DNA of 64,000 nt from Eledone cirrhosa. Its lineage: Eukaryota. The position numbers and the translations under genes were made by a program. The first letter of the stretch is position 1; each line of letters opens with the position of its first letter. Below, in pieces: positions 39,076 to 50,540 of this stretch. The stretch is from NCBI GenBank assembly GCA_964016885.1, contig OZ024740.1:236902001-236966000 (forward strand). Reading direction: 5' to 3'. A model generated the notes under the pieces. The model worked only from the letters and a program-made list of their open reading frames with translations. It searched no databases and had not been told where the DNA came from.

Positions 39076-39411
39076 TAATAATTATAAGAAAGTGATTGAA
39101 ATATATTCATACACAGTTAAGTGTACACTAAGACATATCAAAACATAGAACTAGAGACAATCTACACTGAAAGTAAGACTACATAATTCGTTAAGTATCC
39201 TATTAAATTTAATTTAAAAATTTAAAACAAAATACCTGATAACGATCATCAGGTATTTTGTTTTAAATTTTTTATTAGATTTAATAAGATACTCAACGAA
39301 TTATGTAGTCTTACTTTCAGTGTAGATTGTCTCTAGTTCTATGTTTTGATATGTCTTAGTGTACACTTAACTGTGTATGAATATATTTCAATCACTTTCT
39401 TTTAATTATTA
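39076..39411. repeat. Long inverted repeat (arms about 165 bp, 7-nt spacer), probably PLE-derived
   Basis: 39076-39240 is the reverse complement of 39248-39411; 107 bp (39086-39192) match perfectly. Confidence 0.95.
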
Positions 39412-39528
39412 AGGCTCGATTTTATTCTCTGAATTCTATCTTGAGCTGTTTTTAGAGACAAGACATATGTTTGATTTTGTATTATTCATGACACCCTTTA
39501 CTTTGAAAGTAATAATAATAATTATAAT

Positions 39529-39710
39529 TGTTTCTACTTTTGGCACAAGACCAGCAATTATCCCAGTGTATTACTGGTACTTTATTTTATAGACCCCGTT
39601 TAGGATGAAAGGTAAAGTTAACCTCGACAGGATTTGAACTCAGACCATACAGGGCCGTAACTCTTTACTGCAAAGCATGGCGTTCAACGCTCTACCGATA
39701 CTGCCAATCC
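39529..39710 (-). mobile_element. S1 SINE with 14-bp TSD
   Basis: ataataattataat at 39515-39528 and 39711-39724. Confidence 0.9.
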
Positions 39711-41199
39711 ATAATAATTATAATGAATCATAGCAAGTAATAATAGATGAGCAAAGACAGTGATGATAGTTAGTAAGTGGAAGAACAAGTAGAAATAGTT
39801 AAGTTAGTACAAAAGCAACAGATGTTATCTTTTACTTCCTCTCTCTTCAATCAAAAGCAAATAGAGAAAAACAAACAGAAGAGGTTTGAATATAATTTCT
39901 CATGGTAATGATTCTTTAACAAAAAAACATTCTTTAATGAAATTCATTAGTCTATCACGAACACATGCATGTCCTGCAGCTAGTAACATACTAACAATGA
40001 TAGACAGCACATATTTGTAATTCTCATGGTGCACAGAGAAAAATCACACTTGTAACAAAATGAAGGGCATGTGTATTTTTCCAAATTCTATTAAAACTTT
40101 CTAAAATTATATAAATTACTAAAATACAACACTGACTTTTAAACCTTATAATACATGAACACATTAAAAAAAATGTTTTCATGCATAAAATCTTAAGTTT
40201 ATTTTTATGAAATGTTCATTAAAGAAGAAAATTTCTTCGATACAAAACAAAATAAAGAAATTTACTCTACTAAACATACAAGTTGATTTTGAAAAAGGAA
40301 CTAAACAAAATAACATATAACAAAGAAAAGTTAGGATCTGAAGAAATTAGTGATGGTCTGCATTAACAAAAAATGCTTCATAAAATTCTTAAAGAAAGAT
40401 ATGTTTGTATGCTTTGAAAAAGTAAATTGAGATGTTTCAAGCAATGAATGCTCCTTATTTAAACGTCAAAACTTTCCTTTGCTGATAGCATGCACATTTA
40501 TATAGCGAATTTTGTTGTGGCAGAGAAAATCTTTGAATTCCAGAGGTTACCTTTATCAAGTCATTTAAAGGTGGTGAATATAGTAGGAAATAATTGGGTT
40601 TCTTTAATGAGTTCTGTCTCTCATTAGTGTAAATCATTTAGATTATTATCTAAGTTCAATGTCTGTTAACTCAACTGCCATTTTGATAACATAATAGGGC
40701 ATCATTTCTTAGATGTCATTGTGTAGGAAGCTGTTTAGCCCCAAGTCAGCTCTGATCTATCAGGACTGTGATCAAAATGGTTCCAACCATGATCTATCTT
40801 TCTTCTGCATTATTCAATGTGTTCTAAGATGACAGGATATAATTTCAGGTAGATTTGGCTGCTATTTCACAGAAGCTGAATGACCAAGTAGTGGTTCTCT
40901 CAAACATGAGAAGCATTGGTATCTCAGAAACAAAGTATATAATGGCTCATATTTTGAGAGATTAACTGTATGGACTACTACATTCTTTTTATGTTCTCAA
41001 TGCAGAAGGAGAAAATTGAACAACTGTTGATGATTCCAGAAGTTTAGAAAACAGTAGAAGTTGTAAATGAATTTTCGATAAAACTGTAAAAATAACTGTG
41101 GAATATTTACTATTGATTAATGTTGATTGGAAATATAGATTGGGAAAATATGCAAGTATTCAGTATATCAAGAAAATTTAAGCAATGGGTCTTATCAGA

Positions 41200-41201
<2 letters not shown>

Positions 41202-41235
<34 letters not shown>

Positions 41236-41370
41236 GTGTGTGTGTGCCTGTGTGTCTGTGTGTGTGTGTCTGTGTGTGGTGTGTGTCGTGTGTGTGTTTG
41301 TGGTGTGTGTCGTGTGTGTGGTGTGTGTCGTGTGTGTGGTGTGTGTCGTGTGTTGCGTGTGTGAGTGTGA
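41202..41370. repeat. Compound (CT)n/(GT)n-derived microsatellite
   Basis: CT run followed by gtgtgtcgtgtgtgtg-type units. Confidence 0.9.
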
Positions 41371-41759
41371 TGAAATAACAACTAGATTTAAGCAATATAT
41401 ATATATATCATCATCATTAATGATTACCTTTTATTACAATACTAAGTGAGGTATAGGAGAAAACAGTACATATTCATGGTTTGTGAGAGATTTTAGCTGA
41501 GAGTAGATCAAACCAGTACTGAAGATCAGATTAATTCCATTTTTTTTCCTGATATATATATATTCACACACATTTATACATGGACATGTGAATGTTCACA
41601 TACAATCATATATATATACAACATATACTCTGGTGTTATAGCCAAAACTTGGGAGTGCATGTGTGTGTTGGTGGGAGTATGTGTGTGTATATATATACAT
41701 ATATGCACATATATGCACATAGATTTTCCACTTTAACACTCCCTGTTTTTCATCACATT

Positions 41760-42713
41760 GCCTACTTCCCCATGATTCCAGTTTCTCCCCTTCACTCACC
41801 CACTATTGAGCAAAGCGCCCTGGCTGGAGACAATCAGCCACACACCCATGTTGCCGCATAGTGCTCCACGCCCCACCCTCACTAGTTAACACCTGCAGCA
41901 CATGCACCACCATGACCAGATGGAAGACAAGCAGGAACTGTTCGGGGTGCAGATGTTTCCAACACCTTTCTTACGCGTGGATATGCAGCAGCTGTCTCTT
42001 CCCCTCATCAATACAGCTGCAGCCATGCACTAGGCCACCAGATTAAACAGCAAGCTTGTCTGATGCTCAAGCCTAACGCGTGGATATGCAGCAGCTGTCT
42101 CTTCCCCTCATCAATACAGCTGCAGCCATGCACTACGCCACCAGATTAAACAGCAAGCTTGTCTGATGCTCAAGCCTAATGCGTGGATATGCAGCAGCTG
42201 TCTCTTCCCCTCATCAATACAGCTGCAGCCATGCACTACGCCACCAGATTAAACAGCAAGCTTGTCTGATGCTCAAGCCTAATGCGTGGATATGCAGCAG
42301 CTGTCTCTTCCCCTCATCAATACAGCTGCAGCCATGCACTAGGCCACCAGATTAAACAGCAAGCTTGTCTGATGCTCAAGCCTCACTGGTCTACATTGCT
42401 TGGCTCTGGCAGCACTGGAAGATCCTGCAGAAGATCCTGAAGGCAGCTCCGGTGCCGATGGCTGACACCCTCACATCCTCAATCTAGAGGGGCTGGGGCT
42501 CTAATCGAGCCAGTGATTAGGAGCGCCTCTTCTATTTCACCCCACTTGCCCTCAGCCTCCCCATCTCTGGCGCTGACTGCAATGACCTGTCAACAATCGC
42601 TTTCCTCAAGGCCAACGTTTCGTCCTTTGGGCAAGCATCTTAAGTGTGCTCAATTTTAAAGTTCATGAATGATCCAAACATTCCACAGAGCTGTCACCGC
42701 CCCCAGCAGTGAC
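41760..42713 (+). mobile_element. GC-richer relic resembling the N-terminal part of a CRE-like non-LTR ORF, with a degenerate PHD finger
   Basis: CSTC-x11-CSGC-x4-H-LSY-AWICSSC at 41894-41995, then KILQKILKAAPVPMADTLTSSI...D*ERLFYFTPLALSLP at about 42419-42562. Confidence 0.55.
41973..42383. repeat. Four near-identical 103-bp tandem units
   Basis: gcgtggatatg at 41975, 42078, 42181 and 42284. Confidence 0.97.
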
Positions 42714-42936
42714 TTATGCCACTTTGTTATACCTACACATCCACAAAGAAGTCTCTATGTGATCATTTGACCTGCTAAAAGTAGCTGCCAATTTTACACC
42801 CGACCATCTTAAAAGAGAAGACATTAAATAATATAGACTATCTATAATATAATAAAGGAAGGAGTGTGGGACAGTGTCCTGAATATATATTTTCATCTCG
42901 TTAGTAAAATAGGTTGAATTACTTTGAATAAATAAT

Positions 42937-43124
42937 TGTTTCTACTTTTGGCACAAGGCCAGCAATTACCCAGTGCATTACTGGTACTTTATTTTATCGA
43001 TCCTGTAAGGATGAAAGGCAAAGTTAACCTCGGCGGGATTTGAACTCAGAATGGCAAGGGCCGTAACTCTATGCGTCAAAGCAAGGCGTCCGACCCTCTA
43101 TCGATACTGCCAATCCACCGCCCT
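42937..43124 (-). mobile_element. Full-length S1 SINE with 18-bp TSD
   Basis: ttactttgaataaataat at 42919-42936 and 43125-43142. Confidence 0.93.
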
Positions 43125-43289
43125 TTACTTTGAATAAATAATGAATGAATATTACATAATCTATCTACTAAATTTTGTAACACATGATTAAACATAAATA
43201 ATTTAATGTATTGCTTATTTCAAGATTCACTTCTTTTAAAAGTTTCAAATTCCAGTGTATTGCCGCCACCACTACCACTTCAACTACCA

Positions 43290-43298
43290 TATATATAT

Positions 43299-43392
<94 letters not shown>
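43290..43392. repeat. (TA)n-(GA)n microsatellite
   Basis: Short TA run followed by about 95 bp of GA repeat. Confidence 0.95.
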
Positions 43393-43396
<4 letters not shown>

Positions 43397-43665
43397 TAAT
43401 AATTGTTTCTATTTTTGGCACATGGCCAGCAATTATATCAGTGGTACTTTATTTTATTGATCCCGTAAGGCTGAAAGGCAAAGATAACCTTGGTGGGATT
43501 TGAACTCTACTGATACTGCCAAATATAATAATATAATTGTTTCTACTTTTGGCACAAGGCCAGCAATTACCCAGCGCATTACTGGTACTTTATTTTATCG
43601 ACCCCGTAAGGATGAAAGGGGAAGTTAACCTCGGTGGGATTTGAACTCAGTCCGTAAAGGGACGT
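43393..43665 (-). mobile_element. Two adjacent S1 SINEs (one internally deleted, one 5'-truncated with a 10-bp TSD)
   Basis: The second copy (43538-43665) is flanked by ataatataat at 43528-43537 and 43666-43675. Confidence 0.85.
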
Positions 43666-43675
43666 ATAATATAAT

Positions 43676-44295
43676 GCTTACAGAACGAAAACACAAACAA
43701 ATATTATACAAAGGAAATGGAAAGGAAAAAAAACACACAAGCAGGTAATACATACATCCAGGACCACATACAACAAAAGGCAGGTGAAAGGGGTGGACAA
43801 ACGAGTAACTACCAGAGCAAAAGATAACAATATAGCGAGGAGCACTGGGAAACCTCTCTTAATCATTTTTCTGGCAAGCTAGCACACTCGCAGCGTTACC
43901 TCGGGTGATGGCGAAGCTGAGGTGCTGGAACAACCAAGCGCCTTCATGAGCATCACCAGTTACCTCGGTTAGGTGAGCTGCCAGTGAAGATAAGAACCTC
44001 GCAGTCAGTAGCCCGACTCCCCCAAATGTCTCGAACACCACTGCCTGACAGATCACAGTATTTTAGGATTTTATTCCATTCAACTGCAGATGCCGTAGCT
44101 CTCACCCTTACCGCTGCATCTAGGATAAGGGAAGACGCAAAAACGTCACTTGTGACTTCCCAGATAAGGCACCTACCTCTTGACCAGGTGCACAGAATAA
44201 GACCGTCAGATTGTTTCCCATCAATGCTAGAAAACCCAGACGGTTCCAAAATTGAGGGGATGTTTTTCTGGGCCAAGGCTCTTAAATGGTAATAG
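43676..44295 (-). mobile_element. 3' end of a CRE-like non-LTR retrotransposon: restriction-like endonuclease (RLE) domain and T-rich 3'UTR
   Basis: IPSILEPSG...DGKQSDGL...WSRGRCLIWEVT...VEWNKILKY..L, then after a frameshift FETFGG.G...TGDAHE...LFQHLSFAITRGNAASVL. Confidence 0.85.
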
Positions 44296-44439
44296 GACAG
44301 AGTGTGTATGTGTGCGCGCGTGAGTATGTCAGCATTCTTAAATTAGAGATGTGTGTGTGTGTCACCATTTTTATTTTAGAGACATATATATGTGTGTATC
44401 CCCTTCTTTCCTTTTACATACACATTGTGTGATGGATGG

Positions 44440-44588
44440 ACAGAAGTCGCTCAAATTTATATACATGTGAATGGAGTTCCACTGAAGCAGGTAGAGCAGT
44501 TCAAATATCTCAGAGCCATATTCACAAGTGATGGAGGGCAGGAGGCTGAATTAAGTGCAAGAATTGCAAAAGCTGATGCATTAATGCT
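44440..44588 (+). mobile_element. RTE RT thumb fragment
   Basis: IHVNGVPLKQVEQFKYLRAIFTSDGGQEAELSARIAKA. Confidence 0.8.
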
Positions 44589-45728
44589 TCATCATCATCA
44601 TCATCATCATCAGGTTTAGCATCCGTGTTCCACGCTTGCATGGGTTTGGACGGGTGTTTTCCCACTTGAGGCAAGAGTGGTTGTCTTGCTCGCATAAGAC
44701 TGTCTGGCGGGTTTTCTACAGTTGGATGCCCTTCCTAACACCAACCACATTTACAGTGTGGGGCTGGGAGGTTTTTACCGTGTTGCCTACACGGCCACAT
44801 TACAGCGTGGACTGTCTGGCGGGTTTTCTACAGCTGGATGCCCTTCCTAACACCAACCACATTTACAGTGTGGGGCTGGGAGGTTTTTACCGTGTTGCCT
44901 ACACGGCCACATTTACAGCGTGGACTGTGTGTTTTTTTGTCGTGACACCTACACGATCTCATTTGTTTCGGCCTGGATGTTGTGGGACCAACATAACTTT
45001 ACATTGAAAGGGGCGGTGTGGGTGGGGTGGAGGTGGTGGGACGGGGGTGTGTTTTGTTAGAGATGCCTACTGACTGTAGTAGGTTTTACTTTGTATTCAG
45101 GTAAGGCGGGTCTTCTCTATTACTGAGTACCGCCAAAGGTCTCGGTCCAGTGACATTGTCTTGGAGAGGTGTAAGCGTGTGAGGTCAGAATTTATCAGCT
45201 CGTCCCATGTTTTTCTGGGTCTGCCTACTCCGTGGCTACCGTCTATCTTTATTGCCCTGCACTTTGTTATACAGCTGTCGTCTTTCATACGCATCACGTG
45301 ACCGTACCAACGTAGCCTTCTCTCGAGTAAACAACATCTGATCCCTCTTATTTCTAATTTTTTCCTTAGTTCGTTTATGCCTTGCCGTTCACGTATATTA
45401 CTATTGCACATCCAGCGGAGCATGCAAGCTTCGTTCCTCTCTAGTCTGCGTATATCCTCTGCACACAATGCCCAGGTCTCACTGCCATGCAGCATTGCTG
45501 TTCGTATGCAGGCATCATATAACCTGCCTTTCATTTTTAGGGAGCACCCTCTAGCGGCTAATAGTGGTATAAGCTCTCTGAACTTTTTCCATCCAGTTCT
45601 GACTCTAGCTACTGTACTTTCAGAGCACCCTCCCCCACTGCTGATTTTGTCACCCAGATAACGGAAGCTGTCCACTATTTCTATAGAACCCTCTGCGCAG
45701 TTGAAGGAGGCACTATTTTGTGGGCACT
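44589..45728 (-). mobile_element. Second, more truncated copy of the young RTE with a duplicated 3'UTR segment
   Basis: The ORF at 45097-45675 is nearly identical to the C-terminus of 26781-28804; (GAT)n tail at 44589-44612. Confidence 0.96.
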
Positions 45729-45859
45729 ATGTGTGTAAGAATGATATCCCCCCTTGTGTGGATGCATGTGTGTGTATGTGTGTGTGTGCATGCATGGATA
45801 TCTTTTATTTATATGTGTATATGTATGTATGTGTATGCATTTGTATGTGTGTGTATATG

Positions 45860-45898
<39 letters not shown>

Positions 45899-46040
45899 AT
45901 GTATGTGTGGGTGTTTGTGTGAGTATATATGTATGTGTACATGTGTGTGTGTACATATATATGTGTGTATCTATATGTATGTATATATATATGTATATAT
46001 GTGTGTATGTGTGTATATGTGTGTATATATATATATTTTT
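45729..46040. repeat. Degenerate (TG/TA)n low-complexity tract
   Basis: Mixed TG and TA dinucleotide repeats. Confidence 0.9.
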
Positions 46041-48597
46041 TTTTTTAAGCTGTAAATTATAATCAATGTGGTGTGTTAACTGGCTTACCAATGTATACAG
46101 TGAATTTATTTGCCCTGGGTGTCAGGAAGACACTCGGCACATATCAGAAACAATACTGAAGGAAAAGGAAAAACAATAATAATAATGCTATAGAATTTTA
46201 AGATGTAATTGATTCATCAGTAGATTGAAATTTTGAAGCTCTAATGAACATGAACAAGAAGGATTTTTTGTATGATATTTCTTTATGAGTTCAAGTGCGG
46301 AAGATAATCTTTTGAAACTGCAATAAATATCAACCTGACATTTGGTCAGCAATCAGTTACATAAAAAATTAGTATTGGTTCCAAGAAACTCCAGTTAAGT
46401 CGACAAAATATATACTCTTTTGGTGAATGCAAATTAAGCAAAACAGTTGAGGTAGATTTCCCACCAACACTATGTGAAATATACAGAAAAAATAGGTATG
46501 AGAAAATCAATAATTGAGAGCCATATAGGTGTGAGGGGAAGAGGTAAAAGATGAACAAATGATTACTTCATGAACTGACTAACAATGAGCAACATTTTAG
46601 CATAACATCTGAACTACACTGCTTGTACACATTTCTTTCTTCAACACATCCAGTTGATGAATGGCTAGTCACATGTGATGAAAAGATGGATTCTTTATAA
46701 TAATTTGAAATGATCACCATAACAGCTCAGTTACAACAAAGTCTTAAAACATTTTCTCAAACTAATGTTTTCTGAAAGGAAATTCATGTTGACTACAGTG
46801 GGATGCAACAAGTATCACTCTCTACAACTTGCTAAATTTATGACAAACATCACAGTTAAAGAAATACTGTCAATAATTGTATTTAATACTGTGAGATTTG
46901 CATCAAAATAATAACCAGCTTTTTTCAACATACTCATTTCTTTGCAGGAGAGGAATAATTCTTCAACTGAATGAAGTAGAAAGCAAGGCTCTGCCTAATT
47001 TACATTCTCCCGAACTCCTTTCTTTCAATTACTTTGACAACCTTTTGATCCATAAACATCAAAAGCTGGTAACCTCAAAAGAAGCTATCAAAGTTATCTG
47101 ACTCCAAAACATACATTTCGACAAGATAGGAATCATTACACATTGATAAACCATACTTTAATAAAAGTTACTTTGATTTTAGAGTATGACTTTCAACTCA
47201 ATATTATAATCCTATAAAACATAATTCCTCAAAATCTAAAATTTCTGGACAGCCTTATAATGAAAGGTGATGCTCCAGCATAATCATAACTGTGATAGCT
47301 AAAACAAAATAAAAAAAACTATGTATCAGAGAAGTTAACATTATCTTTAAAAAATTAAATTTACTTGTTGAAATGAATAACTGGTTTGAGAAATATTTTT
47401 TTAGAATCCTAGTTTTCTTAAAAGAAAATCATTGAAAATTATTTCATAAAATTCTGTTAAAGAAAAGAAAAATATAATAATAAAAAAAAAAAACTAACTG
47501 GTGAGTTACAATTAAGAATTATGCTCTTCAAAATCATGGTTTTCATTAATTAAAATAAAAGGATTACATAACTGAAAAAAACTACTGAAAAATAATTTCT
47601 ATAACTGGGTAAATGGTTTCAAGCAGATAGCTATGGAGAATGTTTATTTAATAATCCTCTCATTTTAGTGGATGTTCTTAGTTATTTATTACCATGGACA
47701 GGTAGCTGAATATCTGTGTTTTATTTTCATAATCTCAGGTTTTAAAAATATCAATCAAGAAACTTTCAATGGCAGGTATAAGAAGAGATTTACTCCAGAG
47801 AAGAGAACTGGGTAAAGTTATATATGAACTAGAGTTAAATCGTTAGCTGAATCATGCAATTAATCCATCACATTATTATGACATACTTCCAGTAGAGAAG
47901 ATATTAATTTAGAGGAAAATATCTTGTAACTATTGTGTACAGAATGCAGCAAATACTTATATACACAAAAGGTAGGAAGAATATAGTACTGAATTATGAA
48001 TATTGATATCACTTCATCGTTCTCAGATAAATTTAACACTATAGATACTGAACTAACTAAATAATCTTAATAAATCCCGAACAATTCTTAAGGATCAATA
48101 AATATTGTATTAAAAACTAGTATAAGAATATTTCATTCCTTCACTAATACTGGTTATATTAAAATATAAAAATGGAAAACAGATGTTAAATGATGATGAT
48201 GAAATATATATAACTTTACTATGATCTCGAATCAACTCCTTTCAATCGAAAATATTCTATCTCTTTGTCCCCAATTTTTACTCTCATGGAGCAGTTAGAC
48301 ATTGAAATTATCAGCCAAAGAATGCACAAAAGACAAATGCATTGTTTGGACATTAGTTGTGACTGGACAATAAGAACTGCGTTGAAAAGTGTCATGTACT
48401 TATTGGTCATTGGTATTCACGATCATATAAGACTTAGGAAGGAATGGTGAGATCAGTTCTTCAGACCCAAGATAATTGAGAACATTCTGGATTGTAAACT
48501 CATCCAGTATGTGCCAGTATGAGAAAAATATTGATGATATCATTATCATTTAACATGTTTTCCCTTCTAGCAAGAGTTAGACTAAAAATACAAATAT

Positions 48598-48866
48598 ATA
48601 TAAATTTAAATAATTTTAAAAACCATACAATGCATTAAAAATTAATGGTGCCAAGATAATAAAATCTTACCGTAGCAAATTTAATAATCCCAAATATTTT
48701 CGGGTTTAAAAACCCATTATCAGGGATATTCCCTTGATAATGGGTTTTTAAACCTGAAAATATTTGGGATTATTAAATTTACTAAGGTAAGATTTTATTG
48801 TTATTTTATTGGTGCCTTTAATTGTTAATGCATTGTATGGTTTTTTTAAATTATTTAAATTTATAT
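48598..48866. repeat. Long imperfect inverted repeat (arms about 130 bp, 3-nt spacer) centred on hammerhead-like motifs
   Basis: ...aaacccattatcaggga-tat-tcccttgataatgggttt...; the arms remain complementary out to ataaatttaaataa / ttatttaaatttat. Confidence 0.9.
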
Positions 48867-50540
48867 TTCTTAATGCTTCAAGCAAACTACAACACTCATA
48901 TATATATATATTGTGCACACATTGTGTGTCTCTCTACTTAAGGCAGTCATAATATCTTCTAGGTTTACCTTTACTAAAAATTTATGATCAAAGGCATTCC
49001 AGCAGTGATTATATCTTCCTTTTTTCAGACATAATGTATGTAAAACTTCACTACCTAACATGCCAATCTCTGTTTAAGATAGTAGGTTGTGGTTTGAGAG
49101 TGATTAGGACATTGTTCTTGTTATTTAACATGAATCAGCCTTCCATTTTTTCTGATAGTAGAGTGTGATCTAATTAAATTTGAATAATATCTCTAACAGG
49201 TCAAGCAATCATGTAATGTCTCTTTCGTTGGCTGGTTTCAATGGTTATAGGAAGAGAAATAAGAAGCTTCTTGCTACAATATTTATTGCTTTATAGATTG
49301 TACAATGAATTAATGAGATTAGGGGAAAATTAGCACTTGGTTCAAATTGCATTTTGTTATTTAGAAGGTGATAATTTGTTAAAAATAGGACAGCAAAACA
49401 TTATTTGTGATCAATTATTTAGAGAAACTTCCTTTACATTAGAATCAATGCTGCTAAATGTAATAATGTTTAATCCAGGTGTGCATTACTAGAAATTCGA
49501 AACTTGGAATCTAGTGAAGTAAAACAAAAGACACTGCAGGAAGCTATTGGTTTACATCTGAACAAAATGTTTTTAAAAAATCAGGAAATCTTTATCAAAT
49601 CAACACATACATCCTTCTCTTATTTTACAATAATATAATTTATTATGCATTTATACCTAAAATATCCATATATTTGCTGATTTATTCTAAAATATCATCA
49701 TCACTGTTTAACATCTATTTTTCTATGCTGGCATGGGTTATACAGGTCACTTGCATCATGAGACAAGTCTTGCCAGCTGACCGCGCCGTACCTTGCTAGT
49801 TTTGAAAATATTTAAGTAATGATCTAACATAAACAGGCAAATTTGGCTACATTAAATGTGAGAAGTTGTTTTATGAAAAAAAAAAGGTTGTGCTATCTGT
49901 GATAAGCTGAGGATTAGGTTATGTTGGATAAGTTAGGTGAAGTGAAGGCATGTATTGAGAGAATCTGAGCAGATGTTTCTCAGAAATCATACAAAAGAAT
50001 AAAAATATAAACACTCTGAATTCATTGGAATTAGTAAAAGGAGATTAAGATGATTATGATTATAAAGAGGGAAGGGAAAGTTTGGAATTAAATGAAATAA
50101 TAATTGACAGTGATTGGAAATAACTAGGGCAGAAATAGACCATAAAAACATGGGATGAAGTGATGATTGATTTGTGAGATTTCTGGCAAAGCCAAAGCTA
50201 AAATGAAAAGAAATAATCAGATAGGCAAGTGTAATCAATAGAATCAATGAAGACACACAGACATTAAAATATTCTGACTAACAAGTTTTCTCAAAGAAAT
50301 CTTTCTATCTTTTATATATCTAATCTTTGATATTTCCTTCATTCTGTCTAAAGTGATCATCAGCCAGTCAGTGGTCATCTGTGACCAGCTGTTTTCTCTG
50401 GCCAAGCAAAATCAGCAGGAGAAGGAGCAAGAATATAATTTGAATTCAAATATACTCATTTGAAACTTTGAAAAGCTGGTAATCTTCTGTAAGTCTTGCA
50501 ATATCCTAACTTATGATATTGAATGCACAGATGACTCCTA

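Noticed and set aside
41973-42383. CRISPR-like array
   Set aside because: The units are contiguous 103-bp copies with no unique spacers, there are no cas genes, and the context is eukaryotic.
43040-43124. tRNA gene (and similar A/B-box sequences elsewhere)
   Set aside because: These are SINE heads attached to core and tail sequence with TSDs; no full cloverleaf is evident.
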